Positions 25,688-38,800 of a stretch of DNA of 64,000 nt are shown here, one piece after another. The first letter of the stretch is position 1; every line of letters begins with the position of its first letter. This DNA is from Raillietiella orientalis (lineage: Eukaryota), in assembly GCA_036172245.1 (NCBI GenBank), contig JAYWIR010000004.1:1922001-1986000 (forward strand), read 5' to 3'. The notes below the pieces were generated by a model. That model was not told where the DNA came from. It worked only from the letters and a program-made list of their open reading frames with translations, and searched no databases. A program made the position numbers and the translations under genes.

Positions 25688-28600
25688 TCAAAATCTTTGT
25701 TGTTTATTAGTAGGATCAAAAGTTGCATTGAACATTGGAGGAGATCCTAATACATTTGGCATGCCAAATTGATTATATGGTATGAAAGGGTGATAATTAG
25801 ACATCGCAGGATGATTCATTCTGCTAATTGATTCACTCTCAGAAGCTGTTCTACAATTGGCATTATGTAATCCAGATTGCATGAAATTTTCCAATGCTCT
25901 TTGCATTGTAGGGTTACTATAATTGATGTTGGAAGCAGATGAGGTTGCACCTAAACCGGGAGCCAAATTTGTTGTAGAACTCATCCTCAGAGATGATGAA
26001 TAAGTACTTAAGCAATCACCAACTGCAGAACTGCTGCTAACCACACCCATTGAGGGATTGGGATTTATCATCCCAAAAAAATTTTGTGGTTCATTTTGCT
26101 GGAGAATGTGCGAGTTTTCTAAAAAAGTGGATAAATGGCCTTAAAATGTTGAGCTGGAGACATAACCCTGAGAATGTGTTTTGTGGATGACCACAGAAGA
26201 AAAAGTGCATAGTAGAAGCTATAAACAGTGTAAGGAATCATTGCCATTACCTGGATAGTTCAAAGTTGTAGAAGAAATCTGTGATCGAGTTGAATTTTCC
26301 AAATCCTTCAATACTCTGTCACGCTTTTCTTTCAAATAATTAATCAAGCAATCATATTCTGCCAATGTTAACGGTCGATTGTCAAGCAGGAATGTCAGCA
26401 ACATGCAAATATTTTCAGGATGCTTTTGCTGACTGAATCCTTGAGATTTCGCCATAAAACTGCAATCTTGGATGCTTTTCATATACACTTCGTAATTACG
26501 AGCAATTAATGTCATAGCATCTTCTAAGGGCATATTACGGTGCTCTATATGAAAACACAATGAGATAAAATTAATGTAATGGCCAAACGATGTGAAATAG
26601 CTTTTATTGGACTGAGCAGCAGTGTTATATGGATAATAAAATGACTATTGATACCTTTGCTGATCAGTGCTCTGTTACAATAAGAAACACACACTATTAA
26701 TCCATTAATGTATCTGTTTCAAGAGCACAGGTTATTTTATTAGTTCCTTCATTTAACACAAAACCCAAGCATCATACTAAATAAAAAAGATTTTATAGAA
26801 CTCAGATCACTGATTAATCAACTATCCGTCATTTTGTAGCAAATAAAAAATCACTGAATTTAGGATGATTTCTTACAACTAAAGCATTATAAAAAAAAAT
26901 TGCTTAAACACTTTATATGTCTGTTTTATGCATCTTTCGAAATCACTCCTGAATTGCTCAATGAATTAAGCTGCAAACATATTCCTATATTTACAGTTTA
27001 AGACATAAAGAATTTCCAGAATGAACATGTTATCACATTGACATTAACAGCATTGTTGATACATGTTAATGTATCAGCAACATGTTCAATAAAATGAATA
27101 TATTATATAAATGCACACAAGTACTATGATTCCATTTAGATGCCTAATATTCAACTGGTGTAGGATACTTTCCATATGCAATCAATTAAACTGCTCTCTA
27201 TAACACAGTATTCATGCAATATGCTCAATGGATGATTTTTTAAATGAACGTTTCCTTGAAATTCTTCTTTCCTCCAATCCGATTACACTCAATCCAAAAC
27301 GCAGGGCACTCACGTTTCGAACGGAAGGTGACGATCTAACAACACTATCCCCTTAATACATATTCTGAATTGAAGTCCTATGCCTCATCAGAAACAATTC
27401 AAAACACTCTTGTTTGTCTTTAAATCTCTGCACACTTTTGCTCTTCACTACTTTTTAATCTATTACAATATTAGAGCCATCCTCTAATTCAGTTTTGTTT
27501 TGAGTATGCAAAACAGAAAACACACTTGCACTAATGGGCATTTCTCTTAAATCTCTGCACTGAAACTCTGTCACTCACTTGCATTCTTTTTTCATCTACT
27601 TTCTATCAACGTTTGCAAGGCCCAACTAAAAACTCATGTACTCTGCTTAGCACAGTTTCTCCTGCTCTCTGACACTTCAACTCCTCTCACCCTGTTTCAC
27701 TATGATTTCCACTCTGATTGCAAGGCAATCTGACGACTCTCTCACAAACACTACATAAATGTTATTATAAACAATAAAAGAACTGTACAGTAAAAAAGAA
27801 AAAAACTACTGAAAATCTAAAATAATCAGTTACTAAAGATAATTTGGCTTGCTTGAAACACACACATAACAAGGTAAAGTATAGCAGTGAAGTGCGTTTC
27901 ATGAATTCTAAAGCCACAACAAACAAAACTGTTGCATTTTTAATAGCATGGATGCAGTTAAAAAGACAAATTTATTAGTATGATCTGAATCTGAAATTGC
28001 AGAAAAACAGTATTTCGGCTTTTACCATCTTAAAAATAAAATCGAGAGGCAACTCGATTAAAAGAAATCTGAAAATGCAATGTTTGTTTTTATTATTCCA
28101 AAATAACAATCACTATAAGTAATAAAGAGTCTGAAAAGAATTCTCTGAAAGCTAAGAAAAAATAAATTCATCATATACACTGCAATACTTATAGTCTTCT
28201 TATAAAAATTATGCACTAACATTAATTCTATTAATTGATGCCCCTTTCCGCATTTGTTAACATACATAATAAAGGCAAAGATTCGTCATAAATCATAAAA
28301 GAAATTCTTTGGATAAAACAACTTGGTGAATTCGGATAAACTTTTTGGATACACTTGAAATCTCGGAAACTTTTTTCTCCAGGAATTTCCATGTGAATAT
28401 AATCATGTAAAAACAAACAAACATGTTAAAAGAATAACTGATAAAAAATGAACATTATTAAAACTATAACACTTAAACAACTAGCACAAAGTAACAGAAA
28501 TTTCAACACAATGCTTAGTGAATATTCTTTTATAAAAACTAAATTACAGTTGGAAATTACTATGCTGAAAAAACATATTAAAAAAAACCTTGAAAATAAA

Positions 28601-31600
28601 ACTCATGAATAACTTTGTTCACAAAAGACAGACGCTGCACAACAGCTGGATGCAATGAATGATGCTCAGTAAGTTGTAAGACAGGAGATTTTAAAAGTTA
28701 TCCGCCTATTGTTGACTAAGTCCGAAATTAATAAATCTACTGATATAATCCCACTCAGGCGTCTTTAACATACATTTCGATGGGCTAATTCTTTGTTTGA
28801 AGCAGATAAATAATTACCTCAATATCATCATCAACATGAAATTCCCAATTCTAATTCACTTCTTAGGTTTGAACCTCACATGTATAACTCGACATTAACA
28901 AATATAGTTCCAACTAAAACGTATTGCAGTTTTTAAAAACCTTCATTTACAATTGTTCTAATTCGTCCCAGAGTGAGATGATGAAAACAAAATAATATTA
29001 AATCAACCAGTAAAATAAATATTAAGGCACCGGAAATGCTACAAAAATTTGTTGCACAAACAAATGGAGTTTGTCAGTAAGAAAATACAACAACAAAATA
29101 ATATGAACAAAATTGAAAAATGAAACACTTTTTTTTTTATAAACACCTGGGCTTCTCTGCTTGTCAGTTAAGTGACTGGGAAATTAAAAGAAAATATTAA
29201 TACAAACTCATTATTCATTATAATAAAAAGTTAAGAAAGTTGTTGTAATTCCAAACAAATAAGGTCCTGATGCTGACAGAATTAGTTTCTCAAGTATCAA
29301 CAAATGCTTTCATCACATCAAACGAAATTTAAAAAATTATGTTTAGATTTTTGTTTTAAGAGCATCATTAGTAACTGATTTAGTTTTTAAAAATACAGCA
29401 GTTCCTAACACAATCTATGGGAAGTGACAAAATTTTTAATGAAAAAATTAAAAAAAAAAAAAAACTTTGAATACAAATAAACAATCAAGAAAAAACAAAT
29501 GGAAACTTTTTGGTAATTATACGTTCTAAATATCACACCACAATTCAATCAAGCATTGAAACACAAAGAATCTCATTATGGTGTGCTTCATACAAAAATA
29601 GGTTTTCACATGAATTTTAAAGTTACGATATTGAGCAATACTGGGGAAAATCAATCAGTGATAAATATCGTGCATTCCCTTCAAATTGCTGATAAATACT
29701 TAGCACACAGTGTTTGACTGCGAAATGACTTTAAAAAAACTACTTAACATTTATCTACATGAAATGTTAAAAATCAATGAAAGAAATCAAGACTTTCCAT
29801 CAATACAAACAATTTCTTGAGCAGATTGATGAAGCAGCTGACCTTTCAAAAACTGAAGTACATACTGGATAAAATTGATAAAAAATTTGATTTGAAAACG
29901 ACATGAGATGAGGGGACTCAGAGACAAACTCAGAGAGATGCCAGTATTCTTACAAAGAATTATGAATACCCAATATGAGTTAAAGAAAAATCTTGAGAAC
30001 CAATCTGGATTATAGATTAACTTCATGAAACCAATAAAAATCATGCAAAACTACTTTATTAAATTTGATGAAATTTTCAGGGCATTATTAAATACAATCA
30101 ATGAAATTACATTGATATTTTAGGATTACTTTATGCTACCACTCAGTTATTTGGGCACATGAAACGAAAGATTCGAATGCACCTCTATTCAGAGCAATGA
30201 CAATTGTTCAGTGCTCTTAGATTACTCTTGAAATTGCATTCAGCTTCATTAAGTCTACTGGAATGCTCATATAATGTTCCTTATGAACATGATGACTTTA
30301 CAGAAATTCAGCACTTGCACTACATCAGAAATTTTCAAAAATATTTTCAAAATTTTAAAATTGAACTTATTAAAAAATACAGTATACTTTGGTCAACAAT
30401 AATTTTACAAAATTCTTATGAGTTTCCTGAAAATTGCTATTCATGCATAGTGACAATTCTGGGATGCTTATAAATCACCAGTATCAAGAAACTTATAAGG
30501 TGTACTTAACATACTGTGTTTCAAAATTTATTTGTATTCTAACATTCTTGTGGATGAATAGAATTTAAAAACATGTATCTGAATCCAATTATCATTTTTA
30601 CATGTGTGCACTCCATCTCTGACCCTTGTTTGACATATCGTAATATAAAGGTAGCACAAATACTAATCTCTAATAAAACATATCTGATCTTGATGTCACA
30701 CAAGAATATAATTTGAACCGTTATTCCACTGTAAGTGCATTTGTGTATTTTACCAAATCTACTAAACTGCCTCAAATACATTTGTAGATTATAATAAAAA
30801 ATCCAGTATATTTGTTTCTTTTAAGTGGTTGATTTATAACTTATTCAACTCTACGAGTAATAATGCTAAATGGAAGCTAGGCTTCAGAGTTCAAGTGTAT
30901 ATTCATTCAATGCATCCATTAAGCACAACAAAAAATAAATCAGAAATAGCCAATAATATGTTTGTAGAATTTACATTAATCTGGTCAGTAAAAACACAAT
31001 CTGTTTAAACATCGAAATTTCTATTTGTGTTTTTTTTGCCTCATGACCAATAGAGCACAAAATTTACCTTTGATTATACTGCCACAAGATTTTGGAAACT
31101 TTCAACAAGAATTTACAATATGAGTACAGAAGTACAGAAAAACAAAACTGAAACTGTTAGTCCTCCCTATATTATAAATTTGGATTTGACCTGAGTTTTC
31201 AGACTGCATGTAGGCAAGAAGGAAAATCAAACATATTTTCCCACTGGCACCAAAAAATTAAGTTAATTCATCCACACAGCAGTGTACATTAATGAGAAAT
31301 AGCAGTGTACATTAATGAGAAATATTCATCTCTTACAAAAAGAACACGGCAGTCACATAAACATAAATCCTACCTTGTGGGATTCCTTGTAGAAGGTTAA
31401 CAGTGACAGAGCGATGAAGTTCATTTTGTGCAGTAATGACAATTGCATACAGAGCACCACGTGCTGTAATATCTGTCAGCAGTGTGGGTAAATGTGCATT
31501 TTCCTTGGGAAACAACAGATCCACCTGGATTCCCATATGTTTCAAGCACTGCTCTACTTCCTCAGCATAACCTCTGTATTTATCAATTCATAAAAGTCAA

Positions 31601-34600
31601 GATTTTCTTAGTACTCACTTTTGTAATCTGCTCAGGACAATAATTTCACAATCATTGTGTGGATCACTTGAAAAATTTGGAAAGTCACTATTATGCACAA
31701 GAATTAATTATTTCCCATTGCATTACAAGTAATTACAAACCTGCATGAACTATTACCCCCCAGTGAGCGAGAAGTTTCTTTTTTGAATGAATCGAATGTA
31801 GTTCTTTTTTTAGGTTCAGGAGGATGAAAATCATCTCTGAAATGATCAGTATTTTACAAAGAAACAAGGCTTAAGCAATCTATCAAAATATTTTACAAAC
31901 ATGTTTACATTTTACATTCCTTTCACAATCAAAACTGACTTACTGATTGTTATCAGGCAAATAGTCATCAGTATAACGTTTGCGATATTCATAGTGGCAT
32001 TTTTCTCTCATTCTTTCGCTAGCTCTAGCAAAGTTTACCTCTGTAATACAATGAAACACCTGGAAGACAACAACACTTTTGTGCATACCAATGCGCTGTC
32101 CATGAAAAAAAACTCCATTTTCAGCTTTAATTGCTTCATCTGCACTAGCTTCGGAGGCAAATTGAACAAAGGCAAAATTTTTGTTCATTGAAATACCTAA
32201 AATACATAAATAAGTAATATGGTTGAATACCTGAAAATTTCAACACAATAAAACAGTATAATTAATTTCAATACAATTACTTGAAAGTACAAATTCACTG
32301 ATTTATGCCTCCCTGTTATGAAAGATTGGGCAGAGAAACCGTATTTCAATAAAATTTAAACTAAAAATAATGTGCACTTGAAAAATAGCAGTTGCATATA
32401 ACCTCATGGCACTTGTTTCGAAAAATACAGGGATTCTCGCTTTATGTTCTTGTTTGTACTTATGCACTTTTTGACTGAGAACTTCCCACATGAGGTAGCT
32501 TGCAAAGGTCAGAACTTTTAATTCATACAACTGCAGGACATTAAACACTTTTGTTACACTACTACTAACTGAACTCCCATAAATTAAAATTGAGTATGGC
32601 TTAAATGAGACTACAATCAATTTTCATCTGTTGTATCATTTTCCACTTTAAGATTTATCATTTCAAAAACACCTTATTTGAAGACTAATTTGGGGGCACA
32701 GAGTTGGAAATGAATATTCATTTGGGTAATGATTTGCTTTTTTTCAACCTGCATTTTCAATTCCATGCATAAAAACTTCAACTTATGGTACTAAATGTAT
32801 GCATGACCTCTAAAAATTCATGGGTAATAGTTTACACATCAAAAAAATTTTTTATGCCGATAAATTAGAAATGAGTTATCTTCAAGCTTTTTATATACTT
32901 CGAAAAAACACAACCGTAATTCTAAAAAAATATTTGAACACTATATTAAACAATAGATAAAATTGTATGCACAATTGGTTGTATTTACCAAATTTCCAAA
33001 TCAGTGAAATGGGAATACAAAAAAAAAAAGTTTATGTGCTTGTTTTGCATATGTTTAGAAAACTGAAAGCACAGCTATTTTGAATACATTCAAAACTCAT
33101 CTACTTAAAGTGGTATGTGTTGTATGTGAATATTGGCAAAAACCAGCAGAACAGATACAAATTACAATTGGTGCCTGCTGCAACAATTTATGGTTTATAG
33201 TAATAAAGTACATTATAATCTTGGAAAACTGCAACTTTTTGTATCCAATTGATTTTAAACTTTGGCTACTCCATCTAACCACTCAATTGGAACAGCCAAT
33301 TGTATTATGGAAATCTTTCAAGCAAACAAAAATAATGGAATGTATTCGAATTGCATAATAAATGATACTGATTAAACAATTCTAAATGCAGATGGTATTT
33401 TATAAAACAATGAATGTCACCACAATATGGAAATGTAACAATGAAAGAAAAATAACTTATCAAAGAATACTTTTGATATATGCTAATACCCACCACATCT
33501 TTATGAAGCAATTTATGCTAAATTCAATAATCCCATGTGAATTCTTCAATGGTAAGCGGAAATACAAATTAATGAGTTGATTGATTCAAAGTTATCTTCC
33601 GAAATTCAATACCGTAACAATAAAATCTTTCATGCCATTTGTGAAAAATTGATCAAGGTAAGTATAAAAGGACCTGAGACAAAAAAATCTTAATTGTGGT
33701 TATGTTTACTAGAAGTTTTGTATTAAATACTTATATTACAATTTCAATTATTTTATTATCCACAAAATGGAGTAATTTATAAAAGTAATTCTGATTGTTT
33801 GCAGCAATGAATGACCACTTCAGATTAGAGCTTTTAATTACTTCTTTAATTACATTAGTTGTTCCTTTATATATCTTGCTTTATTCAAACCATTTGAAAT
33901 CCTTTAAAACCAAATTGCAAAATACAAGATAGAGTAAGTAAATAATGCACACTTACTTAAGTCTACCTACACATATGCTGTTTCATATTTGTTGAAGCTG
34001 GAATAATTTAATTTAATAAACTATTCAAAGGTTTTAAAGCTTTGCAACATGGTTTGCAGCATCGAACTTTTTATCTAATAAGAAAGCAAATAACAGCATT
34101 GAATGAAAAACATGCCTGCTACAGTATGTACTGTTCTTTATGAAAAATATAATTGAAATTGCTTTCAAAACATTGCAAATTAAATAAAATCTTAATTTAT
34201 TGGCAAATATGTAAGATGATTAAGTGGCAGAAACTTTCAGCAAACTAACACAATTTCTTGTAAAGACTATAACTCTACAATAGTCATTAAGTTTTTCAAA
34301 TAATGGATGCTCCTATTTCCAAAATGCAAGCTACTATCCTTTTTGAAGTGAATACAACTTCTGGATAAGCTGCATATCAAATACAGAAAATGAAAAATTA
34401 TGTTTTGTGAACAGTTACAAGTGCAAACTTTTTATTCATGATTATCAACCATTATAAACCACCCATCATATCATGTTATTCATGATTATTTATAAATAAT
34501 GCACAGTGTTTAAATTCTGTAAAATCACACTTCTGCATAGAAACATTTTTTGTGACGTTCAAATCACACAAATTACTTCATTAGGTTTTCAATTAGTATA

Positions 34601-35690
34601 ATTTGAACATGTTAGAAAAATTGGTAACATTCAGAAGTGAATCTTACAAAGTTTGAATATTATGCGTAGTTTAAGAGAATTTAAGTTCCGCTGGTTCTCT
34701 TAATTGGTTGTTAGGAATGAAAAGAGCCACCAGAACCTGTAGCTTCTTATTCAAAAGCATGCACGATATCAAAATATTTACTTGAGACATTAAGCCAATT
34801 TCTAAAATAAAAAAATAATTATTGCAATAAGCATTTATATACAGAAGAACTGCTTTAGAAGAGCCTAGCAAATGTACACACATTCAATTTACAACTCACT
34901 CTGGATGTTTAATTTACATTTCTCTAAAGCATTTAAATTCGATGATGTTGCACAATATTTGCTTTGATAACAAATCCTTTTAGGAAGTTCTTGGGCTTGC
35001 AGAGAAACGTCTATGCATTCCGTAATTCAATATGGGGAAAAAACAATCATTGCGAGATTCTAGACAACAATTATTCCACTTTTATATTCAAGTTCCCACT
35101 CAGAGCAAACTCAAAAAATTACAAAAATAGTAACCAACTGCTAGACAAAAGCCAGTCGAATTGTAAACAATTTTAATCAATTAAGAACAAAGAAAATCTT
35201 CCATACTCGTCCGTCAAATTTATGGCGACTATCTAACGAATAATGGGATATCTTTGGCATTAACTGTTAACAGAAAAAACTGTCCTATTATTAATCAATA
35301 ATACTATCAACTTTTACAAAAATCCAAACCATCACGATAATCGTCACGATAACAAACTAGTTTCCGCTTCAAAAAATATCATCAACTTGAAGTGCACGAA
35401 ACCGAACGAGATTAAAAAGTATCTGTACATGTAGCAATCACAAAGGCACATTAAAACAAGTCTCACAATCAAATTCAATCTTCATTAAATACCTTACCAA
35501 GTATTTTTCCATGTTTTGAAAATTTTTTTTCTAAGTCAATTTTTCTGACAGAAGAATCGAGACTACCGACAAAAACCCTGGCTTTTTGCATTTCAGGTTC
35601 ATCATATGGTCTTTTTCCATAATTGGCTGCCATTGAATATTGAAATCGGCTACGGCTTTTATTCAAGTGATCCTTAGTAGAATTATTCAT
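25688..35690 (-). CDS. NCOA5: Nuclear receptor coactivator 5 / Neosin homolog, copy B (two long introns); 8 exons, about 495 aa
   Basis: Exons (minus): 35690-35498 (alternative ATG 35633), 32196-32089, 32040-31944, 31836-31741, 31687-31619, 31573-31374, 26544-26251, 26118-25688; GT-AG and frame continuous. Motifs: RVFVGSL/KNFAFVQF, NDCEIIVL, YAEEVEQCLKHMGIQVDLLF, EHRNMPLEDA, LLDNRPLT...YLKEKRDRV, INYSNPTMQRALENF. Last acceptor (26119) is the least certain. Confidence 0.9.
31278..31323. repeat. Perfect 23-bp tandem duplication in NCOA5-B intron 6
   Basis: AGCAGTGTACATTAATGAGAAAT twice (31278-31300, 31301-31323). Confidence 0.95.
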
Positions 35691-35779
35691 TTTACAAACC
35701 AATACAGAACCATAACTTTCTAACTTTAATCACATACACTTTTGTTAAATCTTTCACATTCACAATTTCCAAGACACAT

Positions 35780-35860
35780 ATACGTGAACATTAACGGCTA
35801 TAGTCGCCAAACGCCATCTTCGAAAATCTTTTGGCGTGATGCAAGCAGCCATAGTCACGC
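35780..35860 (-). promoter_or_regulatory. Probable NCOA5-B promoter/5' UTR with YY1/Pho-type motif
   Basis: Local CpG cluster in otherwise CpG-poor DNA; AAGATGGCG on the minus strand (35812-35820) about 120 nt upstream of the ATG. Confidence 0.5.
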
Positions 35861-38800
35861 AAATATTAAATTTAAAATAATTTGTTTCAAAGCACTTACT
35901 GAATGGTTTCACAGCCGCAGATAAACTTTTGATATATTCAATGCTTTATTAAATAATAATTGTGCATTGCAATTAAAACTAAAACTGCCTGCTAACTGAG
36001 AAATCATTTTAAATTTAATGATATCTTTAAATACAAATTTGCATCTAGAACATTGCAAATATGCTACAAATATGATTATATCACAGATATCTTTAAGTTT
36101 CAAGGTCTTCATTGTGCAAATAGATTTATTAATTTCTATAAATGTCCCTTTATGAAAATGAAACATCTAGAAAATTCTTCATACAGTATTGCACGCCTTT
36201 TCCATACAGATGAAACCCATCTTTCAGTAGAAAATATGAAATTGAGATGAATTCACTACATCCCATACCTTCACACCGTTTTTGTTAATTAAGAAAAAAA
36301 CATTTAGTTTCTTTCCTTCAATAAATTTTAAAAGCAAGGTAACGCAAAAGATTAATATGCAGTAATACATATATGGACTGTGCTATCCTCTGAAGGTAAA
36401 GTGTTGAAATGGTGAAATCAAATTTATGAATAAATTGCCAACGTGGATGAAAAAGTTGTAGGCACTGTTTTTATTCTCTTCAATCATTGTATCTTTCATA
36501 TATAGCGGAAGAGAAAATCATACACAATTACATTATTTTTCATTTTCATTACTTTACACTAAATGCTTTAGCATCGGAAAAGAAGAGCTATTTTAAAGTG
36601 CAAGAAATGCAAACCAAGAACTTGGAATTCACATTTATCAACTGCTTTCGAAGCGTTTTCTGATTAAGACCTCACAAATAACAGAATATTAGGAATCGGA
36701 TAGTAGAAAGGAGATACTAACATTTTCTGAGCTATGAAAGCTGCATTTTTTGTTGTTTTATCTTGAGGACTATGTATGCCTGAAAGGTAACTAAGTTGCT
36801 TCAAATTTTTCCAGAACTTAATGAAAAACACTTAAAAATATTAGAAGTGTAATATTTTGGGCATTTTCATTTCCACAGACACTTGCACAGTGAAACATCT
36901 GTCAAAACATGAAACGCTGCCTCCTTTATCATTTCCGAAACACATGAAATATGCTGCCAAAAATATCTTAGATGAAAACGAGATCTGTTGCTTTTGTTTA
37001 TAACAAGATATCTATAAGTATCAGTAGCTGTGTCACACTGAAAGCAAGGCAATTCCTGTTTTTCGTTTTCCATACAATATGTGATCTAATACACTCTGTA
37101 CTTGGTTTCAGAAATACATTAATAAATAGCATGGATCTGTTTTCCAAAACAAAAAACAAAAAAGTGCATTTCCTCGAGGCTACAATGTTGCATTTGAAGT
37201 TGCTTTGCTTGCTATGAAATCTTTGAATGACTGTAATTAAATCTTGCGGCTATGATTCCTCTACTGCTCGTTTTTCTTCAATCCTGCCACCTTGAGAATA
37301 AACTTCCAATATTGAAACTATCCTCTTGTACTTCAGAAGACTTTACTTTTGCCCTTCTTTCAAACGACCCTACGTTTGCTCATTTGAAGCAGAAATCTTG
37401 TTTTTTTTTCCTCATAAATGTTGTTCATATCAAAAAAGCAAAAACACAGAATGTAAAGACATATGATGAATTATGCAGAACAGTGTTCAGAAAGGGATAT
37501 GCCACTGTACATTCATTTTTAAATTTAATACTGATAATGTCGACAATGTATAATTTTGTAAAAGTTTGGCTATCTGAGGTCAAAAATGAAACCACTAAAG
37601 GCGGATTTAAATATTCTTTTTACATTACAGTATTGATTTTCAAAAAATATTAATCAAAATCGAATTTGGAAAAAAAATTTTTAGTTACACTTTCATCTTT
37701 ATAGGTTTCAAGACAGTAAATTGAGGGGACTGCGAGAAAATGTAGCATTACATAAAGGCGATTATATGATTCCTTCTGTTTTCCAGAAATCTTTTGGTTT
37801 GTTTGGTTTTAAATCAAAATCTAAGATTCCCTTAAAAAGTCTAGAAGCAAGTTTTCCTTTATTTTCTGTGAACCTATGAAATTTTAAAAATCTTGCTCCC
37901 AAACGAGCTGTTTTAACTATTTTGAATGCTTTCTTCAGATAAAAAACATTTACCTGCTCCCAGAAAATTACATTGATTAAAATGAAAGAATTAGACCGCG
38001 AATAAATGAAAGTGCGTGCAAAAATATTGCTGCTGATTTCCTGTGACCGTAACTTTAATGAAGATCAAACTTCTGAAATGCATTTTATTGTAAATTGATT
38101 TTCTAATTCAAAATTCGCCTCCTGGTCTCCAAGTGAATTCTTGAAAGGAGTACAATCTTTGAAATTTATGGCACAAAGTTTGATAAACAGTATACATGCG
38201 GAAGACGCACCACTTCAAATGATGAGGTTTTTTCACCGAGTCTAAATTGAATGAACTGAATAAACTACCCCTATCAATCTAACCATTAAAACTCCATACT
38301 GATCCATCCATATTCGTAGATATAAGAAATACTGCTAATCGTGTCCTTAGTTTGTTTCATTTTCTGTTTTTTTTTTTTTTTTCCTTACGGATGTCTGTTT
38401 TATATGGAACTGTGGACCCTATTATAAAACCTGAATAGGATATTAAAGTGGTTGGGAATATAATTTTTGTTTTTTCAATATTGCTGACTCTTATACTTTG
38501 AAATGAATTTCCAACTTTTAGTAAGAGATGCTCCCCTGCAGCTGAAGATTCAGTAAATCCAGATTCCCATACGTCACATAAGTCTGTAACACTGCTACCT
38601 TGTTAAAGTCAGCCAATCTTAGCCAAAAGATCTCTCGGAGATCTTTGCGCTGTTAATCCTCAACTGTTACAGGTGTACTCTTCCTGAAAGTTGGCAATCG
38701 CATCAACACTGAGAAAACAGTTTATTTCGTATTTTACGTGCTATTTCTTCCGATTGCTTATTGCAAATGTGTTTCGCACGTGCGTCCTTGAGATAGATTA

